Source of the DNA: Macrostomum lignano
Taxonomy: Eukaryota
Reading direction: 5' to 3'
Length of the DNA stretch: 64,000 nt
NCBI GenBank assembly: GCA_002269645.1
Contig: NIVC01001551.1
Span: forward strand, 1 to 64,000
A program made the position numbers and the translations under genes. Positions 11,215-22,498 of this stretch are shown piece by piece (position 1 is the stretch's first letter; each line of letters opens with the position of its first letter). The notes below the pieces were generated by a model. It did not search any database. It had not been told where the DNA came from and saw only the letters and a program-made list of their open reading frames with translations.

Positions 11215-11995
11215 GGATATTGGGGGAGGATAGTGGGTGCAGGCGGATACTGGGGGAGGATAGTGGGTGCAGGCGGATACTGGGGGAGGATAGTGGGTGC
11301 AGGCGGATACTGGGGGAGGATAGTGGGTGCAGCCGGATACTGGGGGAGGATAGTGGGTGCAGGCGGATACTGGGGGAGGATAGTGGGTGCAGGCGGATAC
11401 TGGGGAGGATAGTGGGTGCAGCCGGATACTGGGGGAGGATAGTGGGTGCAGGCGGATACTGGGGAGAGGATAGTGGGTGCAGGCGGATACTGGGGGAGGA
11501 TAGTGGGTGCAGGCGGATACTGGGGGAGGATAGTGGGTGCAGGCGGATACTGGGCGAGGATAGTGGGTGCAGAAGGATACTGGGGGAGGATAGTGGGTGC
11601 AGCCGGATACTGGGGGAGGATAGTGGGTGCAGCCGGATACTGGGGGAGGATAGTGGGTGCAGGCGGATACTGGGGAGAGGATAGTGGGTGCAGGCGGATA
11701 CTGGGGGAGGATAGTGGGTGCAGGCGGATACTGGGGGAGGATAGTGGGTGCAGGCGGATACTGGGCGAGGATAGTGGGTGCAGCCGGATACTGGGCGAGG
11801 ATAGTGGGTGCAGCCGGATACTGGGGGAGGATAGTGGGTGCAGGCGGATACTGGGGGAGGATAGTGGGTGCAGCCGGATACTGGGGGAGGATAGTGGGTG
11901 CAGGCGGATACTGGGGGAGGATAGTGGGTACAGCCGGATACTGGGGGAGGATAGTGGGTGCAGGCGGATACTGGGGGAGGATAGTGGGTGCGGGG
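11215..11995. repeat. 30-bp intronic minisatellite (ggcggatactgggggaggatagtgggtgca)
   Basis: About 26 copies in GYS intron 4. Confidence 0.95.
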
Positions 11996-12077
11996 CGGGT
12001 GTTGAGCGCACGTCGGAGGAGGATGGGTGATGGCAAAAGTTCAGCACAGTTCACACAGACCCCAGCCAGCTGCTCAC

Positions 12078-12425
12078 CTGCAGGCACAGCTCGAACATCC
12101 TATTGCCAATATCCTGTTCAATCTGTTTGCAAGTGTCGCGCATGCCTTTCACAATGGCCTGTCCACGAAAAGATTCCACATTGAAGGAGGCGGTGCGCGC
12201 CGGGAAGATCAGGAAAGCAACCACGGTGACAGCGCTGTTGATCTCCTTCAGATAGAAGTTGAGCCGGGACAGGGCCTCGATGAACACATCGGCGCCCTTG
12301 TTTGAGTACTCGTAGCGGCCCGCGATGAAGAAGTAGAGCACTTTGTCCATGTCAAAATCGTAGTGGCCGTGAAAGTGGCCCTGGATAAACCTGTTGATCT
12401 TCTCCTTGGCCATCGCATGCCGGTT
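12078..12425 (-). CDS. GYS: Glycogen synthase exon 4
   Basis: taacag|[10 protein letters not shown]...[24 protein letters not shown]...FELCLQ|gtgagc. Confidence 0.97.
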
Positions 12426-12469
12426 CTGTTAAGGTTGGGGTATGGGGCAGGGCTATTTGAAGGTCAGCT

Positions 12470-13550
12470 GGATGGCGATTCTTATAAAGTCAAGGGCGAT
12501 TCTTCTAAAACCAAGGGCGATTCTTATAAAGTCAAGGGGCGATTCTTATAAAGTCAAGGGCGATTCTTATAAAGTCAAGGGGCGATTCTTATAAAGTCAA
12601 GGGCGATTCTTATAAAGCCAAGGGGCGATTCTTATAAAGTCAAGGGGCGATTCTTATAAGGTCAGCTGGAGGGCGATTCTTATAAGGTCAGGGGCGATTC
12701 TTATAAAGTCAAGGGCGATTCTTAGAAATCCAAAGGGCGATTCTTATAAAGTCAAGGGTGATTCTTAAAAATTCAAGGGGCGATTCTTATAAGGTCAGCT
12801 GGAGGGCGATTCTTATAAGGTCAGGGGCGATTCTTATAAAGTCAAGGGCGATTCTTAGAAATCCAAAGGGCGATTCTTATAAAGTCAAGGGTGATTCTTA
12901 AAAATTCAAGGGGCGATTCGTATAAGGTCAGCTGGAGGGCGATTCTTTTAAGGTCAGCTGGAGGGCGATTCTTATAAGGTCAGCTGGAGGGCGATTCTTA
13001 TAAGGTCAGGGGCGATTCTTATAAAGTCAAGGGCGATTCTTAGAAATCCAAAGGGCGATTCTTATAAAGTCAAGGGTGATTCTTAAAAATTCAAGGGGCG
13101 ATTCTTATAAGGTCAGGGGCGATTCTTATAAAGTCAAGGGCGATTCTTAAAAATTCAAGGGGCGATTCTTATAAGGTCAGGGGCGATTCTTATAAAGTCA
13201 AGGGTGATTTTTAAAAATTCAAGGGGCGATTCGTATAAGGTCAGCTGGAGGGCGATTCGTATAAGGTCAGCTGGAGGGCGATTCGTATAAGGTCAGCTGG
13301 AGGGCGATTCTTATAAGGTCAGGGGCGATTCTTATAAAGTCAAGGGCGATTCTTAGAAATCCAAAGGGCGATTCTTATAAAACAAAGGGCGATTCTTATT
13401 AACTCAAGGGGCGATTCTTATAAGGTCAGGGGCGATTCTTATAAAGTCAAAGGTGATTCTTAAAAATTCAAGGGGCGATTCGTATAAGGTCAGCTGGAGG
13501 GCGATTCGTATAAGGTCAGCTGGAGGGCGATTCGTATAAGGTCAGCTGAA
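12470..13550. repeat. Intronic minisatellite, 23-27-bp variants (ggcgattcttataaggtcagctggag / ggcgattcttataaagtcaag)
   Basis: About 45 copies in GYS intron 3, several unit variants recurring in blocks. Confidence 0.95.
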
Positions 13551-13578
13551 GGACAATTTTGAGACACCGGACGCGCAC

Positions 13579-14070
13579 CTGGAACTCGTGCAGAGCGGCA
13601 AACTTGACCACATTCAGACCGTTAGGCGTGATAACATCTGGAACCCGTTTCAACAGAAACTGGCTCTCCAGGCCAGTGATCTCGGATACGGTGGTGAACA
13701 CGTGGCTGCAGTGCACCGCCGCCCGTTCGATGCAATATCGATGATAAATATTGCGGTCCCCGGCCTCCTTGTCGATATTGAATTTGTCCAAATTGTTATA
13801 GAAGTCCACGTGACCGGCGCACAGGTAGCGGCCAAGTAGGGTGGCGTGCGTGGTGAACACGGTGGACACTGGCAGGCGGCGGCACCTGGCCAAGATGAGG
13901 CCGACTCCAGTCAGCCATTCGTGGAAGTGAGCTGTAATGGGCACAGAGGCCGGGTCATCGCCCAGGTTGGCCAGCTGGCTGCGGAACTCGCCGAGAAACC
14001 AGGCGACTAGAGCGCCAAAAATGATGGCGTCGTTTGACTCGCGATCGTGATAGGGTATGCCGATGTGCGC
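13579..14070 (-). CDS. GYS: Glycogen synthase exon 3
   Basis: ccgcag|[19 protein letters not shown]...[12 protein letters not shown]...[15 protein letters not shown]...TVSEITG...[17 protein letters not shown]|gtgcgc. Confidence 0.97.
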
Positions 14071-14704
14071 CTGCGGGGGTAGGTCGCGTGAGTTCTGGGT
14101 GATAGGGTATGCCGATGTGCGCCTGCGGGGGGTCGCGTGAGTTCTGGGTGATAGGGTATGCCGATGTGCGCCTGCGGGGGGGGAGTCGCGTGAGTTCTGG
14201 GTGATAGGGTATGCCGATGTGCGCCTGCGGGGGTCGCGTGAGTTCTGGGTGATAGGGTATGCCGATGTGCGCCTGCGGGGGTCGCGTGAGTTCTGGGTGA
14301 TAGGGTATGCCGATGTGCGCCTGCGGGGGGGGTCGCGTGAGTTCTGGGTGATAGGGTATGCCGATGTGCGCCTGCGGGGGGTCGCGTGAGTTCTGGGTGA
14401 TAGGGTATGCCGATGTGCGCCTGCGGGGGGTCGCGTGAGTTCTGGGTGATAGGGTATGCCGATGTGCGCCTGCGGGGGGTCGCGTGAGTTCTGGGTGATA
14501 GGGTATGCCGATGTGCGCCTGCGGGGGTCGCGTGAGTTCTGGGTGATAGGGTATGCCGATGTGCGCCTGCGGGGGGTCGCGTGAGTTCTGGGTGATAGGG
14601 TATGCCGATGTGCGCCTGCGGGGGGGGGGGGTCGCGTGAGTTCTGGGTGATAGGGTATGCCGATGTGCGCCTGCGTGGGGGGGGGGTGGTCGCGTGAGTT
14701 CTGG
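14047..14704 (-). repeat. 48-55-bp minisatellite, 13 copies, each a branch-like ctcac + poly-C + CAG + the first 24 nt of GYS exon 3
   Basis: Minus-strand unit ccagaactcacgcgaccccccgcag|GCGCACATCGGCATACCCTATCAC; the last copy is the real exon start. Confidence 0.95.
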
Positions 14705-15513
14705 CTTTACTTATATTGTTTGAAATGCGCATCATCGGATTGCCTAGAGTTAGAGTTAAGCAGAGTTAATCGCGGTTAGTACGAAACTAAATCGGGCTGT
14801 TTAAGTCACCATAATACCCCTTTCATAGCTACCCTTAATAGACACTGCTATCACATCTCTAGCTTCGCTTAAATAGACACTGCATAATAACAGTCTGATC
14901 TGGTATTGCAAAATATCTAATGCGCCCGCTCTCTCTTCAAGGGCCATGGCTCTCGCGTAAACTCTCTTAGCTTAATCTTCCAGTTAGCACTTTGGTTTCG
15001 TTAGCTTTGTTGCACCTGCAAATGGTTTGCTTTTTAGACAGATTCTATATAGATAAGGTGCGGCACTGGCTGTTTATAGAGGTGAAAATAGATAACAGAG
15101 AACAAGCATGAAAGGCTAGAAAAGACACAAGGAACAGCTAAAATTATACTTTAAAAAATACGAAATAAAAAAGGATAGCAAACGGTGCCTAGACCAAGAA
15201 GCATCCCAGAGACAATTCCATCGCCCCAGAGTCGTAAATCGACGAGATGTCGCTAAAAAGTTGTCAAAAAAATTGCCTATAGGGGGTGCTTCTATAATGA
15301 CACTGGGGCCGCATGAGTCGTATCTGAGGCGTGCTAAAGTCGCTGTAAAATCACCGAGTTGCGCCTAAGGCACATCTGCGTCACTTTATTTCGCGACTCG
15401 TTGTTTGGTGACCACTAACAAGAAAAGACTGGTTCGGTTCCGTGAGCAAACGCACTCATTTGGAGCTTGTATACAAAAAAATCGGCAGGGGTTGTCATAG
15501 TAGTAGACATAGT

Positions 15514-15577
15514 ACTAATTAGATGACGAGGCATTTACCCTTAATAAGAAAGTTATAGTTGCTCCTGCCATTTACCC
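15514..15577 (-). rRNA. Degenerate 28S rRNA fragment (helix 69-71 region); not a functional gene
   Basis: actaattagatgacgaggcattt...aagaaagttatagttgctcctgccatttaccc aligns to the antisense of conserved LSU GGGTAAACGGCGGGAGTAACTATGACTCTCTTAAGGTAGCCAAATGCCTCGTCATCTAATTAGT. Confidence 0.8.
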
Positions 15578-15960
15578 AAAATTGCGTTAATTTTTTTCTT
15601 TAGGGTTTCTTTCTGTGTTGGATTTGGAGTGCCTGCGTACCGACCTTCTGCTATGTGTAGCGTCGCCAGTGTACACTTGGCGGTCCCCGTCTCAGAGGTG
15701 TTGGGGTGGGGTTGATGCGCGTGAGGCGTTGATGAGCCAGAGAGTTGGAGTGAGAAGATCGATTTGATTTAATATATAAGCAATAATTTAGCCACAGGGC
15801 TCATTTACCCGTTTTTTTGTTAAAGTCTAACCCTCAGATTTATTAGACTTGATTATTTCTTTAACACTTTCAGAGGTAAGTCGCATTTTTGGTGTAAAAC
15901 AGGGGGGGGGGTTGTGCATGTAGGAATGGTGCCACTTAGCTAGAAAATGTACAGACAGAC

Positions 15961-16250
15961 CTTCTCCCACAGCTCGTGCTTGAATTCGTCCAGACGATGC
16001 GCGCTGGTGCCAACGTCGAACAGCACAACATTTGGATAGCCTTCGATAAGCCAGCGCCCGGTGACCACTTTGCAGCCGGCGGATCTCATTGCTTGAACAG
16101 TTCGTTGAAGCGCTTCGTTGCTAGGCTCGCCATACTCCAGCTCGGTTCGGCAGCAGTGCTCATTATATGGACCCAAAAGTACATAGTGATCTTTTAGTTC
16201 GTCAACAGAGACGCCAGCTTTGGTGCGGATTACAGTGTAGATTCCGCCAA
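15961..16250 (-). CDS. GYS: Glycogen synthase exon 2
   Basis: tgacag|(V)GGIYTVIRTKA...LLGPY...GRWLIEGYPNVVLFDVG...ELWEK|gtctgt. Confidence 0.97.
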
Positions 16251-17224
16251 CTGTCAGATTGGGGCACAGTGAGCTATTTAGACGACGAGGCACTTCAGCA
16301 TATAGATACTCCCGCCATTTACTCACAATAGGACATTAATTATATTATTATAGTTTTAGGTGAAATATACTAATAGGTATAAACCCTTAAAGCATTTTTA
16401 GATTTTGCGAATAGCATTGTAGCAATGTAAAATATTTAATAGAGTATTCAGAAACCACTGCATTTTTTATAAACTAAAACTAGTCAAAACAAAAAGCAAA
16501 ATAGTCATTCAGCTGCAATAGCAGTGTGTACCAACACGTTATAAACCATTCCTGGCCAGATCTGTAAAATTGGCCATCTTTGAACAAAAAATCACATGAT
16601 CCCTGTTTTGACTCATTATCATTGGAGAACTTTTCTGTTGGTTAAAGCAAAGGGCTAACTAGCATGAAATCAAAAGACAACAAATCCCAATGACATCCCA
16701 ATGACAAAATAGATGGTTATATATATGTACATAAGGAATTAGATATATAATTCCTTATTTATATTTCTGATGATTTTAAAACTATTTTTGTAAAAAGTTT
16801 TTTGCCTTTAAATCTTAATATACATTATATCTGCTACCAAGCAAACAATTTCTATCTATATTGCTAAATCCTTAACCCCAAGGAGTAAAGAACTCTTTAA
16901 AAGAATGGCACATGAAAAAATAAAGAAATAAATAGGAAAATAAATTGTTTATTAATAACAAAAATAAGAACTGACGATAATGGCATAGTAATATATGCTG
17001 ATTATTATACTTGTTATAATAACTTACTATAACTGTACCAACTGTGCCAAAAAGGATATTTCCATTTTATAATGTAACTGTTTAGTTTAGCCATTTAGGC
17101 CTCTCCTTGGCCAATGTATTATATAGAATATAGATTTATAACAAAGCTAAAGAGTTTTGTGAACCTTGCTTTGCATAGTGAGCTTCTATTTGTAGTGTTT
17201 ATTGATTTTATTATTTACAAGTAT

Positions 17225-17390
17225 AATAATAGTTAGATACTAGCAATCTAGTGCCCTACTTTGAGGCATGCAATAAGCAAGGAGCAAAAATTATTCATTG
17301 AAAGCAATTAAAAAAGCACATTTTCTTTAAAAAACAATTCCTTCTTCAGTTTTATAAATCAACTTATTTTAGTAAAATTGTCATGGACAA
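17225..17390. repeat. Left arm of an inverted repeat pair (partner 24590-24750)
   Basis: Reverse complement aligns to 24590-24750 (shared atttttgctccttgcttattg, cactagattgc); roughly 80% similar by eye. Confidence 0.75.
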
Positions 17391-17489
17391 TGTTTGCTAT
17401 GAATCTTTTTTAAAAATTAACAGAAAGAACAAAATATAGTTCTCACAAAGATAATAGACATTCCACCTAAATATAAAACATCCCCAAGA

Positions 17490-17740
17490 TAGCAAGCAAA
17501 CATCCCCCTAGATAACAAGCATCTACCCAGATAGTAAGCATCCACCCAGATAGCAAGAATCCTTGGATAGAAAGAATCCCATACATGTAGATACATATAG
17601 CCAGTACCCTTCTCTCCTAAATAGCAAGTACCCCCTCCCCATCAAGAGGAAGCATCCACCAATAGTAAGCACCCCCCCCCAATACAATAGTAAGCACCCC
17701 CTTCCCAGATACAATAGCAAGCATCCATCAGACAGCAAGT
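17490..17740. repeat. Degenerate about 20-bp tandem repeat (cagatagcaagcatccaccc-like)
   Basis: Recurring agata(g/c)/agcaagca/ccc motifs. Confidence 0.55.
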
Positions 17741-17929
17741 AGCTGGTGCAAATATTTCCTCTGCTAATGCAATAATTGCTTTCTCAAGTTGTGCATTAAT
17801 CCATGTCTCATCTAGCACAATAATCTCTTTTTATTCTAGCGCAAAAATCCAATTCTTAGCTTGTGCAATAATCCTTTACTCATAAAGTGCAAAATTGATG
17901 TCTCCACTAGTGCATTAGTCTATTTCTAA

Positions 17930-18411
17930 GCTAGTGCAATATTCCTTAGTTTATCAAATGCAATAATCCATGGCTTTTCAAATACAATAATCCTTGGTTT
18001 ATCAAGTACAATAATCCTTGGTCTATCAAGTGCAATAATCCTTGGTTTATCAAGTGCAATAATCATTGGCTTATCAAGCACAAAAATCCTTGGCTTATCA
18101 AGTGCAATAATCATTGGCTAATCAAGTGCAATAATCCTTGGTTCATCAAGCAAAATAATTCTTGGTTTATCAAGTGCAATAATCCTTGGTTTATAAAGTG
18201 CAGTAATCCTTGGCTTATCAAGTGCAATAATCCTTGGCTTATTAAGTGCAATAATCCTTGGTTTATCAAGTGTAGCAATCCTTGGCTTATCAAGTGCAAT
18301 AATCTTTGGTTTATCAAGTGCAAGAACCCTTGGTCTATCAAGTGCAATATCATTGGCTAGTCAAGTGCAATAATCATTGCCTAATCAAGTGCAGTAATCC
18401 TTGGTTTTTCA
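17930..18411. repeat. 24-bp minisatellite (tatcaagtgcaataatccttggct), left part; resumes at 24252-24470
   Basis: Same unit on both sides of the hAT insertion. Confidence 0.93.
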
Positions 18412-19385
18412 TAGTGATGGATCCGAATATTCGGATTCGGAATCCGAATCCGAAAAAAAGTCTTACTTTTATAGGAATCCGAATGTTTCGGATTCGGAAA
18501 TTTTTTTTTCTGAATATTTCCGAATGTGCTTCTAAAATTCAAATCTAAAATAAATATTACAAATCAAGAAACCAAAGCATGCAACCCGTTAAATAAAGAA
18601 ACTAAAAACTAAAAATAAAGAAAATTAAAAGGCAAAGAGCAAAATCTATCACGTTATTCTTTTTTTCTACGATTGTCTATTTTTGCAGCAATAGCTGCAA
18701 TATATGTTTTAAAAAGTTAAATAAGTAAATTTACTAAACCTAGGGACCTGTAAGACAATAAACCTAAAGTTACGGAAATATTTTGGTAATTATTGTTTAA
18801 GTGTAATAACAGGTTTTTTCAAAATGCAAAATTGCAACTGCATGGGTCACATGGACTGTACGTACGTACGGTAAAATTATCATAATTGCACTGTATATAT
18901 GTCACTCATTAGCAATAGTCAGTAGTACTAGAATTAGATGTTCATGTAACACGGTAGAAGTAGAACTGAATTTCCTATCTAAGTCCATCTCTTTAAATTT
19001 GGTTTCGCGATAGATGTCAGTAGAGGTTGGACAAGCAGAAGATGGTCATGCGTGAATTTTTCAAAGTCAGGCGTGATCGTGATCGTGAATTTATATTAGC
19101 ATACATGTATATTGAGCTCGTAAGTTACAAGTGTTGAAAATAACAAACAAGAAAAGAAATCATACTTGTATATTGATAATAGCTACTCGGCCGTAATGCT
19201 GTCAAGTCAACAAATTTAAAATTTATTAATTCTTTACACATTCGTGTTCACATTTTTTGGTAAATCAAGTAGAAAAGTTATATTTCTAATAAAAACGTAA
19301 GCAGAAATTCACAACCGTTGGAACAGGTTTCAACAAAATCACTATCGTGAAAAAATGGTCCTGAATTCACGATTGTGATCACATC

Positions 19386-20726
19386 TATGAGCTGCATAGA
19401 ATGCAGTCATATTTGCAAAGGACGGCTGCACCTAAAACTTGCTGCGTAATTTGCATTTTGTTCTATGTAGCCTATAAGAGTTTACGTTCCCATGCGCATG
19501 TTCTGCTGTGTTTTAAATAAAAGGAGAGACAGTAGTGAAGGCGCTCGCTTCACTTTCCTCTCGCCCGCATCAGCGGGCCTAAAGGCATGGCCATTGCCTC
19601 GACTGGGCTGTAGGCCGCAGCAGCCTGGGCCCAGAAATACCGTGCTTCGAGTTCAATTCTTTGTTGTCCGACGTGAGCAGAAGGTGCAGGCAGGATGGAC
19701 ACAAAATCCTACCTGTTACAATGGTTCCCTGACCGCGTGAGTCTGCTAGACGAAGTTCCTGTCACGAAGGATAACAGAGGGTTGAATAGAAGCCGGTTGA
19801 AGGACAGCACAACATCAGCAGATCGAGATCCGGCGACCAGAGGACATCTTGCGTCGTTGGCGTGCTTGACGGCATTAAGTCGCAACGGTGGTTCAGTTCA
19901 ACTGCCACCACGGTGCAGCCGCCGCCCCAACTGACGCGTGTTCAACAGCCGTTCGGATGGATCGACAAGAAGAGAGTCAGCCCCAGCGTCACTGTCTCGG
20001 CGACTGGCATGCAGATCAAGTTTCCTGCCCTGAGAGGCGATGCGTCTCAAAAGTGGAGCAGTGTTTCGGCCCAAAGGCCAAGAGTCGCCTCCCCACAGCA
20101 AGAAGACTGTGAGGGAAATTTGCGATGCATCCGGCAGGAAGACCGGAGCACGATCTGTGCATGCAAGGGACATGCCAGTGAAGCTACTTAAGATAGCTCA
20201 CGAGGACTGCATGCTCGTTTCCGAGGTGGCGGACTTCAAGGTTGACCCCCTTAGAGCAGCGCGAATTGAAGAATGGTAGCGACCCGGCTGGAGGAGTCCG
20301 ACATTGCTATAGCTCATTGCTGGTGTATTCAAGCGCGTTTCAAATTTCAACTATACTTTGAGGTGTCGAAGTTTTTTCAACCATGGAGGGATATGAGCTG
20401 CATAGAATGCAGTCATATTTGCGAAGGACGGCTGCACCTAAAACTTGCTGCGTAATTTGCATTTTGTTCTATGTAGCCTATAAGAGTTTACGTTCCCACA
20501 CGCATGTTCTGCTGTGTTTTAAATAAAAGGAGAGACAGTAGTGGAGGCGCTCGCTTCACTTTCCTCTCGCCCGCATCAGCGGGCCTAAAGGCATGGCCAT
20601 TGCCTCGGCTGGGCTGTAGGCCGCAGCAGCCTGGGCCCAGAAATACTGTGCTTCGAGTTCAATTCTTTGTTGTCCGACGTGAGCAGAAGGTGCAGGCAGG
20701 ATGGACACAAAATCCTACTTGTTACA
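19386..20726 (+). mobile_element. Internally deleted LTR retrotransposon A (LTRs 19386-19720 and 20392-20726)
   Basis: 335-bp direct repeats ending tgttaca, about 7 transitions apart; PBS tggttccctgaccg (19722-19735) complementary to the tRNA-Glu 3' end; short PPT ggaggga; only a pol-tail-like remnant inside; no clean TSD. Confidence 0.9.
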
Positions 20727-21143
20727 ATGATATGAGCCATAAGAAAATGCTCATAAGTCTAGGAACGGGGATAGGCTAGGTCACCTGGTCGTGTCACCTG
20801 GTCGAGTCACCTGGCGAGGCTGGACGGCAACGAGAGGACCCAATGTGAGCCTGGAGCGAGGGGACCAAAGTTATGAAGTAGGCCCCAACGTTGCGCCCCA
20901 ATTAAAATTATCATCATTCATCATTGATTAAAAAGGCCAAATTTAATGTGATCAAAGATCAAATGATTTTTATATACTTTTCATATATTATAATATCTTA
21001 CAGACCGCACCTAAACCGCACCTACTTTTTTAATTTCAGGGTGCAATTTTAAAATTTAGGGTGCATACGCACACTCTGCGCACAAAAAAAACCCTGGAGC
21101 AAACACAACAATAGCGCCAAGACAAACCCTACGAATCTGGCCA

Positions 21144-21806
21144 ATGATTCTGATGGGACTGCTCATTTTTGCCGGAAGTTTCTGCGAAATCGAAGCGATG
21201 CACACGCAATATGTGGACAGTCCAAAATTTTGCACCGACATTAGAGCCCCCATAGCAATTCGGCTGCCGGAACAACAGGACTGCAAAATTCCAAAGGAAG
21301 GACAAGATGGACGGATAAAGCTTAAATTAACTTTACACCATGAGAACGCCGAGACACATAAAAGTGTCATGAAGATATGCCACAGAGAAGACTACAATTT
21401 CACAGCGCAACTGTACAAAATCGCAGGAAAAACAGTATTCGTGTACTTGACAGTAGCAATTAAGCTACAAACAGTCACAGTGGAACAATGTAACTCGTGG
21501 AATGCAGGAGCTACAACAGAAGATGGAACATTGGAAGAAGACCTCAAAGTGGATGGTTGCATCAGCCGATACTCTACGAAAAAATGGGTTCGAAATGACC
21601 TAGATAATCTGGCTAAGACCGGAGAGAAATTAGAAATAACAGTCAGCACTGTGTTGACGAATGTACCATTCTACGTTTCGGGAAATGGAATGAACTCGTT
21701 GTATGTGCCAGTAGACAAATGCAAATACAAGGAGAGCAAGTGCCAACGGGACGAGAAAGCGGCAAATTTTAAAATATGGCCACTAGAATGCACTTTACCA
21801 GAATGA
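21144..21806 (+). pseudogene. env-like viral glycoprotein ectodomain fragment
   Basis: Signal-like MILMGLLIFAG, Cys pattern C..P / C / C.SW...TTEDGTL / CKYKESKC...IW...C, NFT glycosylation site; reads on past a stop as LWSVTNFYDREY. Family assignment is by eye only. Confidence 0.55.
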
Positions 21807-21959
21807 CTTTGGTCAGTGACAAACTTCTACGACAGAGAATATTGAGTGCGAGGTTCAAGACTGTACCAGATGGTATGGACAGTGCATGAACATTACCAAT
21901 GCCAGTACTAGAAAGGACGACAACTGGTCGGATACATGCACACGGACTGGTTTCAATCG

Positions 21960-22498
21960 GAAGATATGACATATGTGCTAACCTTTCAGAGACCAGTAAA
22001 ACTGAATGCATCATGTGCAGAAGACAAGTATACTTTATACAAGGCGGAAGCTCTAAGATTAGCTCGAGAAATCGCCAGACACAATCTACAGCAAGCACAA
22101 AAGCGAACGCACAAACAAGCCAACAAGGGGCGACAGCAAACGACTCTACAAGTAGGTGACAGAGTCATGCTACAAGAACCACTAAGAACTGCAAAACATC
22201 AACCACGATTTTTGGACCGTATAGAGTGATTCGGAAATTCAACGAAACGAATGTAGCCATCCGATCGGAAGACAATAACAAAGAACCAATGCTGGTACAC
22301 GTCGACAGATTAAAAAAGATGCAGAACCCGGAGGAATCTGTTTTCTTGCCCGATTTCCAACCGATGGACCCTAGAAGAATGGCACTACAGCAGAGGAAGC
22401 CGCTATATAGAACAATTGGCACGCAAGTCTTGGATGAACTGGAAGAGCATCCCGCTCATGCATACAACTTGCGGAGCAGGGACAAAATCCAACACTAA
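21960..22498 (+). pseudogene. Gypsy integrase C-terminal region (GPY/F module), frameshifted
   Basis: LAREIARHNLQQAQKR...LQVGDRVML...PRF / GPYRVIRK...LVHVDRLKK...AYNLRSR across two frames. Confidence 0.85.

Noticed and set aside
11215-11995. 30-mer translating as CTHYPPPVS, similar to exon-5 [10 protein letters not shown]
   Set aside because: Only about 8 nt shared; too weak to call exon-derived.
10464-12087. 527-aa and 445-aa ORFs fusing a Pro-rich repeat to glycogen synthase
   Set aside because: Read-through of the 30-mer intron; canonical splice sites at 12077 and 11073 restore the conserved protein.
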